A stretch of 49,742 nt of DNA from Chloroflexota bacterium. Lineage in GTDB: Bacteria; Chloroflexota; UBA6077; CF-72. Below, in pieces: positions 1 to 8,761 of the stretch. How positions within the stretch are numbered: the first letter of the stretch is position 1; every line of letters starts with the position of its first letter. A program made the translations under genes and the position numbers. The DNA lies in NCBI GenBank assembly GCA_005883405.1, contig VBGG01000136.1, forward strand, positions 1 through 49,742, in the 5' to 3' direction. The notes below the pieces were generated by a model. That model had not been told where the DNA came from. It saw only the letters and a list, made by a program, of their open reading frames with translations, and searched no databases.

Positions 1-161
1 CGCGCGTTCGCGCGTTCGCGCGTTCTGGCGTTCGCGCGTTCGCGCGTTCAGAGGGCGGAGCTTCAGCGGTGGCGCGTTGACGCCTTGGGCACGCGCCTCG
101 AGCGCCGCTACCCCTTCGCGTCGGGAACGTCAGAACGCGCGAACGCGCGAACGCGCGAACG
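1..161. repeat. Octamer-array inverted repeat. GCGCGTTC tandem units lie at 1-49 and their complement GAACGCGC at 133-161, around an ~83 nt unique core. The left arm may be cut by the window edge.
   Basis: Direct reading shows tandem 8-mers on one side and their reverse complement on the other. The same architecture recurs at 21581-21682. Confidence 0.85.
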
Positions 162-183
162 TATTGCTTGAACGCAAGTTGAC

Positions 184-3100
184 TTGTTACGGTCGCACAC
201 CGTGATCGCCGCGCGGAGCCGTGACTATCTCGCCGAGCTGCGGCAACGCGTGCTGGTGTTCGACGGATCCATGGGCGCCAATCTGCAGGCGCTCGACCTC
301 GGCGCCGAGGACTTCGGCGGGCCGCGCTACGAAGGGTGTATGGACGCGCTCTGCCTCACCCGTCCCGACGCGCCCGGGCGGCTGCATCGCGGCTTTCTGG
401 AGGCGGGCTGTGATGTGGTCGAGACCAACACGTTTCAAGCCAGCCGACTGCGGCTGAGCGAGTGGGGCCTGGCCGACAAGACATACGCGATCAACCGCGC
501 GGGCGCCGAGATTGCCCGTCGCGAATCCGACCAGTTCGAACAACGCGACGGGCGGCCACGCTTCGTGGCCGGTTCGATCGGCCCAACCGGCTTCCTTCCT
601 TCCTCGGACGATCCGACCCTGTCGAACATCGCCTTCGACACGCTCGTGGAGGTCTTCGAGGAACAGGCGCGAGGGCTGCTCGACGGCGGCGCGGACCTGA
701 TCATCATCGAAACCCAGCAGGACGTCCTGGAAACCAAAGCGGCCATGCTCGGCGCGCGGCGCTGTTTCGCGGCCGTCGGCCGAAGCGTGCCACTGCAAGT
801 GCAGGTCTCACTCGACACCAATGGCCGCATGCTGCTCGGCACGGACGTCAGCGCGACGCTGGCGATTCTGGAGGGCCTGGGCGCCGACGTGATCGGCCTC
901 AACTGTTCAACGGGGCCGGAGCACATGCGCGAGCCGATCCGCTATCTGGTCCAGAACACGCGCCGACCGATCAGCGTGATCCCGAACGCGGGGATCCCGA
1001 TCAATCTCGGCGGCGGCAAAGCGCTGTACCCGCTCGAGCCCGATGGGCTGGCCGAGGCGCTGGCCGAGTTCGTCCAGGACTTCGGCGTGAACGCGGTCGG
1101 CGGCTGCTGTGGCACGAGTTTCGAGCATCTGCAGCGCGTGTGCGGTCGCGTGGCGGGCCATGCGCCGCGCCCGCGTGTGGTCGCCGCTCCGAGGCCGCGC
1201 GCGGCGAGCTCGATCCGCGCGTTCGATCTGCGCCAGGATCCTCCGCCCACGCTCATCGGCGAACGCGTCAATACCCAGGGCAGCCGCAAAGTGAAGCGCC
1301 TGCTGCTGTCGGATGCGTACGACGACGTGCTCGGGGTTGCACGCGACCAGGTCGAAGGCGGCGCGCACCTGCTCGACGTCTGCGTGGCGCTCACCGAGCG
1401 CTCCGACGAAGCCCATCAGATGGTCGAAGTCGTCAAGCGCTTGAGGTCGTCGGTCGAGGCGCCACTGGTTCTCGACAGCACCGAGCGCGACGTGCTCGAA
1501 ACCGCGCTCAAGGCCTATCCGGGTCGGCCCGTGCTGAACTCGTTCAACCTCGAGAGCGGGCGCGAAAAAGCGGACTTCGTGCTCGGCCTGGCCAAGCAGC
1601 ACGGGGCGTACGTCGTGGCCATGACCATCGACGAGCAGGGCATGGCGCACACAGCCGACCGCAAATTCGAGATCGCCCAACGCATTCACGCGCTCGCCTG
1701 TGGTGAGCACGGGCTGCCGCCAGAGTCACTGATCTTCGACGTCCTGACATTTCCGGTCACCACGGGGCAGGAAGAGCTGCGCGACGACGCGCGCCAGACC
1801 ATCGAGGGCATCCGGCGCGTCAAGGCCGAGCTGCCAGGCGTTCTGACACTGCTCGGGCTGTCGAACGTCTCGTTCGGCATTTCGCTGGCCGCGCGCGGGG
1901 TGCTGAACTCGGCGTTCCTGTACCACTGCGTCCAGGCGGGTCTCGACCTGGCGATCGTCAATCCCGTCCATCTGACGCCGTACGCCGAGATCGATGCGGA
2001 GCATCGGGCACTGGCCGAGGATCTGATCTATAACCGCCGCGAAGATGCGTTGCCGCGGTTCCTGGCCGCGTTTGAAGGGGTGGACGTGCAGATGCACAAA
2101 GACGGCGCCGCGGACGACGCCGAAGCCAATCTGAGCGTCGACGAGCGGATTCATGCGCGCATCCTCCATCGGAAGAAAGAGGGCATCGAGGCGCTGCTCG
2201 ACGAGGCCATCGCCATTCGGCTTGGTAGCCCCCTGTCCGAGGCAAGCTCGGCGCAACGCTCCGCCGCGGCGGTAAGCGTCCTCAACGAGGTGCTGTTGCC
2301 CGCGATGAAGGACGTGGGCGACCGGTTTGGCGCAGGCGAGCTGATTCTGCCCTTCGTGCTGCAGAGCGCTGAAGTGATGAAGCGCGCGGTCAGTCACCTC
2401 GAGCAGTACCTCGAGAAACAGGCCGGCTACAGAAAGGGCAGCATCGTCGTCGCCACCGTGTATGGCGACGTCCACGACATCGGCAAATCGCTGCTGATCA
2501 CGATCCTGTCCAACAATGGCTACACGGTGCACGATCTCGGCAAACAGGTGCCGGTCAACACCATCGTCGAAGCGGCCCTGGATAAGCAGGCCGACGCAAT
2601 CGGCCTGTCCGCCTTGCTGGTGAGCACGTCGAAGCAAATGCCGTTGTGCATCCAGGAGCTCGACCGTCGCGGCGTTCACCTGCCGGTGCTCATCGGCGGC
2701 GCGGCGATCAATCGCGCGTTCGGTCGTCGCGCGGCGGTCCTGCCAGACGGACGCGTGTACGAGCCAGCCGTGTTCTATTGCAAGGACGTCTTCGAGGGCC
2801 TGGGCACGATGGACGTGCTCACCGAGCCTGCCGAGCGCGAAGGCTTCGTCCATCGGATCCGCCGCGAAATCGAGACCGAGCGCGACCGCAAAGAAGAGGC
2901 ACCCATGCCGCGCGTCACTCCGCGCCCTGGCGCAGGGCCTCGGCGAGACGTCAGCGTGCCTGTGCCACCGTTCTGGGGCCCGCGGCGGGTGACCGCCGAT
3001 CTCCGCGACGTCTGGCGCAACCTGGATCTCAACACCCTCTTCCGCCATCACTGGGGCGGTCACCGCGCCAGGGGAGCCGAGTACGAGCGCATCGTCCGCG

Positions 3101-3717
3101 AGATCTTCGAGCCCGAGTTGGCGGCGCTCAGCGATGACGCGCTCCAGGGTGGCTGGCTCGAGCCGCTCATCGTTTCGGGCTACTTCCCGTGCAACGCTCT
3201 GGGAGACCAGTTGATCGTGTTCGATCCCGACGGGTCTCAGACTGAGGTGGCGCGACTCGAGTTCCCTCGACAGCCCGATGGTGAACGGCTCTGCCTGTCG
3301 GACTACTTCCGGCCGCTCGATTCCGGCCAACGCGACGTTGTCGTCTTGCAGGCCGTGAGCGCGGGCAAGCGCGCGGGCGAGTACGTCGAGGAGCTGCAGC
3401 GGTCAGGCGACTACAGCCGCATGCTGTACGTGAACGGCCTCGCGTCGGGCACCGCCGAGGCGCTGGCCGACTATGCCCATAACCTCGCTCGGCGCGAGCT
3501 GGGATTGGCCGAAAACCAGGGGCTGCGATTCAGCTGGGGTTACGCCGCATGCCCAGACCTGGAGGAGCAGCGCAAAGTGCTGCCGCTACTGCGGGCCTCC
3601 GAGGAGATAGGCTTGACGCTCAGCCTGTCCAACAACCTGGATCCCGAGCACAGCACCGCGGCGATCGTGCTCCACCACCCCGAGGCGAAGTACTTCTCAG
3701 TCCGCTCGGCAGCGTAG
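184..3717 (+). CDS. metH: Cobalamin-dependent methionine synthase (Hcy-binding, pterin-binding, B12-binding and AdoMet-activation domains)
   Basis: 1177 aa ORF with a TTG start. It has the B12-binding motif GDVHDIGK, an N-terminal homocysteine S-methyltransferase-like region ending in GGCCGT, and MetH-typical length and domain order. Confidence 0.95.
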   Translation: MLRSHTVIAARSRDYLAELRQRVLVFDGSMGANLQALDLGAEDFGGPRYEGCMDALCLTRPDAPGRLHRGFLEAGCDVVETNTFQASRLRLSEWGLADKTYAINRAGAEIARRESDQFEQRDGRPRFVAGSIGPTGFLPSSDDPTLSNIAFDTLVEVFEEQARGLLDGGADLIIIETQQDVLETKAAMLGARRCFAAVGRSVPLQVQVSLDTNGRMLLGTDVSATLAILEGLGADVIGLNCSTGPEHMREPIRYLVQNTRRPISVIPNAGIPINLGGGKALYPLEPDGLAEALAEFVQDFGVNAVGGCCGTSFEHLQRVCGRVAGHAPRPRVVAAPRPRAASSIRAFDLRQDPPPTLIGERVNTQGSRKVKRLLLSDAYDDVLGVARDQVEGGAHLLDVCVALTERSDEAHQMVEVVKRLRSSVEAPLVLDSTERDVLETALKAYPGRPVLNSFNLESGREKADFVLGLAKQHGAYVVAMTIDEQGMAHTADRKFEIAQRIHALACGEHGLPPESLIFDVLTFPVTTGQEELRDDARQTIEGIRRVKAELPGVLTLLGLSNVSFGISLAARGVLNSAFLYHCVQAGLDLAIVNPVHLTPYAEIDAEHRALAEDLIYNRREDALPRFLAAFEGVDVQMHKDGAADDAEANLSVDERIHARILHRKKEGIEALLDEAIAIRLGSPLSEASSAQRSAAAVSVLNEVLLPAMKDVGDRFGAGELILPFVLQSAEVMKRAVSHLEQYLEKQAGYRKGSIVVATVYGDVHDIGKSLLITILSNNGYTVHDLGKQVPVNTIVEAALDKQADAIGLSALLVSTSKQMPLCIQELDRRGVHLPVLIGGAAINRAFGRRAAVLPDGRVYEPAVFYCKDVFEGLGTMDVLTEPAEREGFVHRIRREIETERDRKEEAPMPRVTPRPGAGPRRDVSVPVPPFWGPRRVTADLRDVWRNLDLNTLFRHHWGGHRARGAEYERIVREIFEPELAALSDDALQGGWLEPLIVSGYFPCNALGDQLIVFDPDGSQTEVARLEFPRQPDGERLCLSDYFRPLDSGQRDVVVLQAVSAGKRAGEYVEELQRSGDYSRMLYVNGLASGTAEALADYAHNLARRELGLAENQGLRFSWGYAACPDLEEQRKVLPLLRASEEIGLTLSLSNNLDPEHSTAAIVLHHPEAKYFSVRSAA

Positions 3718-3732
3718 GGCTGCGACGATGCG

Positions 3733-3841
3733 CCTCTCCCTCTGGGAGAGGCCGCGCGCAGCGCGGGTGAGGGTGGCATACGAGCACGAACGCTTCGGCT
3801 GTACGCCACCCTCACCCCTGCCCTCTCCCAGAGGGAGAGGG
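3733..3841. repeat. Compound palindromic intergenic element, family C copy 1
   Basis: CCTCTCCCTCTGGGAGAGG hairpin, then GGGTGAGGGTGGC, a variable core, GCCACCCTCACCC, then a CCCTCTCCCAGAGGGAGAGGG hairpin. Five further copies lie in the window. Confidence 0.9.
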
Positions 3842-4045
3842 AGGTCGCGCTTTCCGTAGCGCGAGCGCTCCCGCCAGAACAGCCAGCGGGACGTAGACCG
3901 CGTGGAGGCCGTCCTGCGCGGCGGGGGTGAGGAGCGAGCCACCGGTGAGCAGGCCGAAGAGGCCGACGAGCACGTGGCACGGGCAGATCACGCCGGTCGA
4001 CAGAAGGCTCAGCCCGAGAGTGCGGCTATGGCCGAAGAGCGTCAT
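3812..4045 (-). CDS. Small two-TM membrane protein with a CPCH motif, MerE-like
   Basis: 77 aa. The hydrophobic segment [19 protein letters not shown] resembles the LTCPCHLPIL region of MerE as I recall it. The last ~10 codons lie inside repeat copy C1, and only 23 nt separate it from divergent bcp. Confidence 0.45.
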   Translation of the reverse strand: MTLFGHSRTLGLSLLSTGVICPCHVLVGLFGLLTGGSLLTPAAQDGLHAVYVPLAVLAGALALRKARPPSPSGRGQG

Positions 4046-4068
4046 GCCTCGCTGTTATCCTAGCCCGC

Positions 4069-4551
4069 GTGACCACGACCGATAACAGGCTGCCTGAAGT
4101 TGGGCAGCCCGCCCCGGACTTCACCCTGCCGTCCACTGACGACAAGGAGGTCCGCCTGTCGGACTTCAAGGGCAAGCAGGCCGTCGTGCTGTACTTCTAT
4201 CCGCGCGACGACACGCCGGGGTGTACGGCCGAAGCCTGCTCCTTCCGCGATCTCCGCGGCCTCTTCCACGAGCACGGTGCCGAGATCCTCGGCGTCAGCA
4301 CCGACACGGTCAAATCACACAAGAAGTTCCAGCAGAAATACCACCTGACGTTCCCGCTGCTCGCCGATGCGGATCACGCTGTGGCGGATCAATACGGTGT
4401 CTGGCAGCAGAAGAAGTTCATGGGGCGCGAGTACATGGGTATGGCTCGCACCACGTTTGTGATCGACGCCAACGGCACCATCAAGGCGGTCTTTCCCAAC
4501 GTCAAAGTCGAGGGCCACGCCGACAAGGTGCTCGAAGCGCTCAAAGGCTGA
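4069..4551 (+). CDS. bcp: Thiol peroxidase / peroxiredoxin, Bcp type
   Basis: 160 aa. Motifs [23 protein letters not shown] and GVSTD are typical of Bcp/PrxQ. GTG start. Confidence 0.9.
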   Translation: MTTTDNRLPEVGQPAPDFTLPSTDDKEVRLSDFKGKQAVVLYFYPRDDTPGCTAEACSFRDLRGLFHEHGAEILGVSTDTVKSHKKFQQKYHLTFPLLADADHAVADQYGVWQQKKFMGREYMGMARTTFVIDANGTIKAVFPNVKVEGHADKVLEALKG

Positions 4552-5321
4552 TGGGCAAACTGCAGGGCCTGGTGGCCGTGATCACCGGCGCGGGCTCGGG
4601 TATCGGCCGTGCCTCGGCGCTGGCGTTTGCGGAGGAGGGCGCGTGCGTTCTGGCGGCCGACATTCGGGCTGCCAGCGCCGAGGAGACCGCCCAGCAGATT
4701 CAGTCCAGCGGCGCCTCCGCCGACGCAGCGCAGGTCGACGTAACGAAGGCCGATCAAGTTGAGAAGATGGTGCAGCGCGCGGTCGATCGCTTCGGTCGCA
4801 TCGACGTACTGTTCAACAATGCTGGCCTGCCGCAGGCCTTCACCCCGTTCGAAGATTCCACTGACGAGCTCTTCGACCGCATCCTCGACGTGAATCTCAG
4901 GGGTGTCTTCTACGGCTGTCGGGCGGCGATCCCGCGCATGAAGGCGCAAGGTGGCGGCGTGATCCTCAACACCGCCAGCACGGCGGGGATTCGCCCGCGT
5001 CCCGGTCTGGCTGTGTACAACGCCTCAAAGGCGGCGGTCATCACGCTCACCAAGACGCTGGCGGTCGAGCTGGCGCCGCACCGTATCCGCGTGGTCTCGA
5101 TTTGCCCGGTGGCCACCGACACGCCGATGCTGTCGAGCTTCATCGGCGTCGAGCAGGGCGCGGACGAGGCCGAGGGTCGCCGCCGCTTCATCAGCACCAT
5201 CCCCTGGGGTCGCCTGAACCGACCCGAGGATCTCGCCCGAGCGGCCGTGTTTCTGGCGTCGTCGGACGCCGAGATGGTCACGGGCACCGCGTTCGAGGTC
5301 GATGGCGGGCGCGACGTCTGA
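4551..5321 (+). CDS. Short-chain dehydrogenase/reductase (SDR)
   Basis: The ATG overlaps the bcp TGA by 1 nt. Motifs: TGAGSGIG cofactor motif, NNAG, and YNASKAA catalytic Tyr-x3-Lys. Confidence 0.9.
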   Translation: MGKLQGLVAVITGAGSGIGRASALAFAEEGACVLAADIRAASAEETAQQIQSSGASADAAQVDVTKADQVEKMVQRAVDRFGRIDVLFNNAGLPQAFTPFEDSTDELFDRILDVNLRGVFYGCRAAIPRMKAQGGGVILNTASTAGIRPRPGLAVYNASKAAVITLTKTLAVELAPHRIRVVSICPVATDTPMLSSFIGVEQGADEAEGRRRFISTIPWGRLNRPEDLARAAVFLASSDAEMVTGTAFEVDGGRDV

Positions 5322-5712
5322 CAGCCTGATCACGTTGGAGCTGCACGGCTTTCTGGCCGACCGCCTGTCGGAGCTCGGCCGCCGCCGCGGTACGCGCACG
5401 ATTGTTTCGGTGCCGATCGATCCCGAGGCGTCCGTCGCCACGCTCTTGACCGGCCTCGTGGCCGCCGACGCGCGCTATGGGCTCCTGTTCGAGCTCGACG
5501 CTCGTCGCCTCCCCGAGCACGTCGAGGCCGTCTTGAACGACCGCGTGCTCGATCTCCAGGGCGGCCTCGACGCTCCATTACACGCCGGCGACGTGCTCGC
5601 GTTCCTCCCCGCACACGCGGGCGGCACTACCGTACGCAGCTACGCAGGCTCGAGTCGGAATGTCGGGTGGTCGAGCGGATCGGGCAGCCGGTCGAATTGG
5701 GGGCGTGTCTGA
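5302..5712 (+). CDS. MoaD/ThiS-family ubiquitin-like sulfur-carrier protein with a 28 aa extension after the Gly-Gly
   Basis: HAGDVLAFLPAHAGG at residues ~94-108 matches the MoaD/ThiS C-terminus. The frame stays open after GG (5620-5625) until 5710-5712. Confidence 0.6.
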   Translation: MAGATSDSLITLELHGFLADRLSELGRRRGTRTIVSVPIDPEASVATLLTGLVAADARYGLLFELDARRLPEHVEAVLNDRVLDLQGGLDAPLHAGDVLAFLPAHAGGTTVRSYAGSSRNVGWSSGSGSRSNWGRV

Positions 5713-6041
5713 TTGCCCCACTTCTGCACATAGGCGGCGATGATCGGCGGCCGCTCGCTAACGGGGACTTCACCAGCGCGACAGTGCTGCTCCCGACCAT
5801 CAATCCTCAGCCAGCACTCGCCACTCACGCGGAGGTTGCGCGACCAGCCGGTCTCGCCGCGCGGCGAGGTCACATACCGCTGACCGCCCAGCTCGACGAT
5901 ATTGATGGGCGTCCTGATGAGCTTCCCGCTGCGCCGGCCACGTACGGCCAGGATGGGCATCGAGCCCGTGCGCAGGAAGATCGGATTCAAGATGTGTTGC
6001 ACGAACCAGGGCGCCTTCCCCCGTACGCGACTCTGGGGCAT
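5640..6041 (-). CDS. Deazaflavin (F420)-dependent nitroreductase family protein (DDN/DUF385-like)
   Basis: 133 aa. The ILAVRGRRSGKLIRTPIN...GGQRYVTSPRGETGWSRNLR pattern is typical of the family. Confidence 0.75.
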   Translation of the reverse strand: MPQSRVRGKAPWFVQHILNPIFLRTGSMPILAVRGRRSGKLIRTPINIVELGGQRYVTSPRGETGWSRNLRVSGECWLRIDGREQHCRAGEVPVSERPPIIAAYVQKWGNQTRPQFDRLPDPLDHPTFRLEPA

Positions 6042-6045
6042 CGCG

Positions 6046-6438
6046 CTAGCCCCGCATCGGCGGAAACTCGGTCACCGTGGTCTCGAGGCGCGTAATCCGG
6101 CCGTCGTGCAAGGTCAGCACGTCGAATCCGTGCATCGGTGCGTTGAACGCTGGCACTTCGCAGGTCCATTCCGAGCGCAAACGCTCGCCATCCATGTCCA
6201 GTCGATCGAGCGTAAGCCGCGCACCGCGCAGATGCTGCTCGAGCGCATTCTGGAAGAAGTCGCGGATCGCGGCTTTGCCAGAATGTACTTGTGGCTGGCC
6301 GCCAAACGGCTCCACATACACCGCGTCTTCCTCGAACAGCCCGACCAGGTCCTCCAGGCCGCCTGGGCCGGCCTGCATCCCAGCCATATAGCGCTCGACC
6401 ACGGAGCGGTCGCGAGTCTGAACGGTATTGATTGCCAT
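6046..6438 (-). CDS. SnoaL-like / NTF2-fold protein
   Basis: 130 aa. Size and pattern (VVERYMAGM..., DAVYVEPFG, ITRLE) fit the ketosteroid isomerase-like fold. Confidence 0.6.
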   Translation of the reverse strand: MAINTVQTRDRSVVERYMAGMQAGPGGLEDLVGLFEEDAVYVEPFGGQPQVHSGKAAIRDFFQNALEQHLRGARLTLDRLDMDGERLRSEWTCEVPAFNAPMHGFDVLTLHDGRITRLETTVTEFPPMRG

Positions 6439-6474
6439 TGAACGAATACCTCCTGTAGGGTTTCCGCCACCGCT

Positions 6475-6897
6475 GTGTCGCTGGACGTCGACATCGATCC
6501 GACGACGCTCGGACAGCTACGTGCCATGGTTCGCCAGCTTCAGGCGGCCAACTCGGATGGCACGTCGCTGGCCGAGGTGGTGAAGCTTGCTCGTGACGTG
6601 CAGCTGGAGTCGGGCATCACGGTCGACTTCGAAGCCACGCCCGACCTGGGCCAGCCACTGGTGGTGGTCCGCGTGCCGTCTGAGCCGCGGCAGCCAGGAG
6701 CCAGCCTGATGGCACTGACGCGGCGTGAGCGCGAGGTCGCCGTGCTCATTGCCGACGGCCTCTCGAACAAGCAGATCGCCCGCCGCCTGCGCATCACCCT
6801 TGGCACGGTGAAGCACTACGTCCACCAGATCCTCGAGAAGACTGGCCTGCCAGGTCGAGTAGCCATCGCCACCGAGGCTAGAGCGTCCGTTCGCTAG
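6475..6897 (+). CDS. LuxR-family transcriptional regulator (C-terminal HTH, uncharacterised N-terminal ~70 aa)
   Basis: LTRREREVAVLIADGLSNKQIARRLRITLGTVKHYVHQILEK is a canonical GerE/LuxR HTH. Confidence 0.85.
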   Translation: MSLDVDIDPTTLGQLRAMVRQLQAANSDGTSLAEVVKLARDVQLESGITVDFEATPDLGQPLVVVRVPSEPRQPGASLMALTRREREVAVLIADGLSNKQIARRLRITLGTVKHYVHQILEKTGLPGRVAIATEARASVR

Positions 6898-6929
6898 GCG
6901 CTATCTATCTTTGGATAGGGAGGAGTTGC

Positions 6930-7514
6930 TTAGCCTTCCGTCGCGCGGCCGTAAATGTCGTCGAGCGACAGCTCACCGCCGATGCACGGAAGGGGTATCA
7001 CGCCCTCGCCGACGATCAGTTCGAGTTGCCACTCGTCGCCGTCGCGCCAGTGTCGCTCGACGCGGCGCTGGTCTTGCGAGACGATCAGGTACGCCTCGAG
7101 CGAGGCTATTCGCGTGTAGGCTAAGAGCTTCTCACCACGGTCGATACGCTTGGTGCTGTCGGAGAGGACCTCGACGATAATGCACGGTCGCTCGCTGTAG
7201 CGTTCGTGTTGGTCAGTCCGGTCACAGACGATGTGGACGTCGGGGTAATAGCCAACTTCGCCAACTGCAGATGCAGCCTTGAGCAGCATGTCGCTCCCAT
7301 AGATGCGACATCCGTGTCCCACAGCTTCCTGCCCAAGACGGAGGAAGATGCTGGCCGCGACATCGTTGTGTCGGCGCCAGGCACCTGCCAGAGCGTAGAC
7401 GTATCCGTCCACATACTCGTACTTACGCTCGGCCACCTCCTCCAGAGCGAGGAATTCGTCGAAGCTCAGCGGTTCTTCAAAGCTCAGCGGTTCTTCGACG
7501 GCGGCAGTGCTCAT
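6930..7514 (-). CDS. Uma2-family (DUF820) putative restriction-endonuclease-like protein
   Basis: 194 aa from the ATG at 7514, which overlaps the fabF TGA. Pattern: YEYVDGYVY, PDVHIV, PCIIVEVLSDST, EKLLAYTRIASLEAYLIV. Confidence 0.75.
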   Translation of the reverse strand: MSTAAVEEPLSFEEPLSFDEFLALEEVAERKYEYVDGYVYALAGAWRRHNDVAASIFLRLGQEAVGHGCRIYGSDMLLKAASAVGEVGYYPDVHIVCDRTDQHERYSERPCIIVEVLSDSTKRIDRGEKLLAYTRIASLEAYLIVSQDQRRVERHWRDGDEWQLELIVGEGVIPLPCIGGELSLDDIYGRATEG

Positions 7515-8761
7515 CACGCTTCCTCCCACTTCTTGAACACGGCCACGCTGTTCTGGCCGCCGAAACCGAAGCCGTTCACGATGACGTTGCGGATCGGCAG
7601 CTTGCGGGGTTTCCATGGCACGTAGTCGAGGTCACACTCGGGATCTGGCGTGAACTGGTTGATGGTGGGCGGGATGCAACCCGTCTCCAGCGCTTTGATC
7701 GCCGCTACGGTGCTCAGCGCGCCGGCCGCGCCCAGCAGATGGCCGATCATCGACTTCACCGAGCTGACCGGAATGCGGTAGGCGTGCTCGCCGAGCGCAA
7801 GCTTCAACGCCTTCGTCTCGGTCGAGTCATTCAACGGTGTGCCCGTGCCGTGGGCGCACACGTAGTCGATCTCGTCGGGTCTAAGATCGGCGTCCTCGAT
7901 CGCCTTCGCGATCGCGCGTCTGGCGCTCTCACCGCTCGGCTCGGGCGCGCTGACGTGGAAGGCGTCACCCGTGATACTGCCGCCGCACAGTTCGGCGTAG
8001 ATCCGCGCGTCGCGCGCGCGGGCGTGCTCCAGCGTTTCGAGCACCAGGATCCCGGCGCCTTCGCCGAAGACAAAGCCATCGCGGTCCCTGTCGAACGGTC
8101 GACTGGCTGTCTGGGGATCATCGTTGCGCCGCGAAAGTGCGCCCGTGCGCGCCATCGAGATGAAGGCCAGCGGCAGTACGGCCGACTCCGTGCCGCCGGC
8201 CACGACCGCCGCCACGTCGCCACGTCGCAGAAAGTGCAGCGACTCGAACATCGAGTACACGCCCGCGGCGCAGGCGGCAGTGTTCGTGACGACGGGGCCT
8301 TTGATTCCATACGTCATCGACACCTGGCAGGAGGCCATGTTGGGAATCATCAGCGGCACCATCATCGGGCCGACGCGTTCCCAGCCCCTGGTCACCAGGG
8401 TCTCCATCTCGTCGGCCACGGCGCGGATGCCGCCGCCGCCGGTGGCGATGATGGCGCCGATGTCCCATGCGTTGGAATCGTTCACCTCGAGGCCGGCGTC
8501 AGCGAGGGCCTGACCGGCGGCGGCGATCGAGAACTGGGCGAAGCGCTCCATGCGCCGCGCCGCTTTGCGGTCCATGTAGTCGCCAGGATCGAAGCCCTTC
8601 ACCTCTGCCGCGATCTGGACGGGCAGGCCTTCGGGATCAAACGTCGTGATGCGACCCGCGCCCGACACGCCCGCTAGCAAGTTTTGCCAGTACTCGTCGA
8701 CCGACAGCCCGATCGGACTGATGCAGCCGAGGCCGGTAACGACGACGCGATTGCCGTACAT
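7514..8761 (-). CDS. fabF: 3-oxoacyl-ACP synthase II
   Basis: 415 aa. Cys-His-His triad contexts are NTAACAAG, CAHGTGTP and SMIGHLLGAAG. Canonical C-terminus NGFGFGGQNSVAVFKK. Confidence 0.92.
   Translation of the reverse strand: MYGNRVVVTGLGCISPIGLSVDEYWQNLLAGVSGAGRITTFDPEGLPVQIAAEVKGFDPGDYMDRKAARRMERFAQFSIAAAGQALADAGLEVNDSNAWDIGAIIATGGGGIRAVADEMETLVTRGWERVGPMMVPLMIPNMASCQVSMTYGIKGPVVTNTAACAAGVYSMFESLHFLRRGDVAAVVAGGTESAVLPLAFISMARTGALSRRNDDPQTASRPFDRDRDGFVFGEGAGILVLETLEHARARDARIYAELCGGSITGDAFHVSAPEPSGESARRAIAKAIEDADLRPDEIDYVCAHGTGTPLNDSTETKALKLALGEHAYRIPVSSVKSMIGHLLGAAGALSTVAAIKALETGCIPPTINQFTPDPECDLDYVPWKPRKLPIRNVIVNGFGFGGQNSVAVFKKWEEA

Noticed and set aside
50-132. S-box/SAM riboswitch upstream of metH, suggested by AGAGGGCGGAG, which resembles the start of the SAM-I core.
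   Set aside because: The remaining conserved SAM-I segments (GCCCGATGAA-, GCAACC- and AGATGAG-like) are not present. The resemblance is limited to one short G-rich stretch.
1726-3330. A long antisense ORF (534 aa) opposite metH. Similar long ORFs lie opposite other genes, for example 8825-10288, 9393-10694, 19119-20381, 29876-31333 and 33315-34322.
   Set aside because: They are Arg/Ala/Pro-rich with no recognisable motifs. They lie exactly antisense to, or out of frame with, genes that have strong family signatures. This is the expected stop-codon-poor artefact in high-GC DNA.
3540-3980. ORFs spanning the family C repeats, such as 3540-3980, 3697-3942, 16463-16816, 28683-29066 and 28982-29419, which encode [11 protein letters not shown] / [11 protein letters not shown]-like peptides.
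   Set aside because: The same peptide motifs recur only because the DNA repeat recurs. The ORFs run across intergenic palindromes and the ends of real genes.
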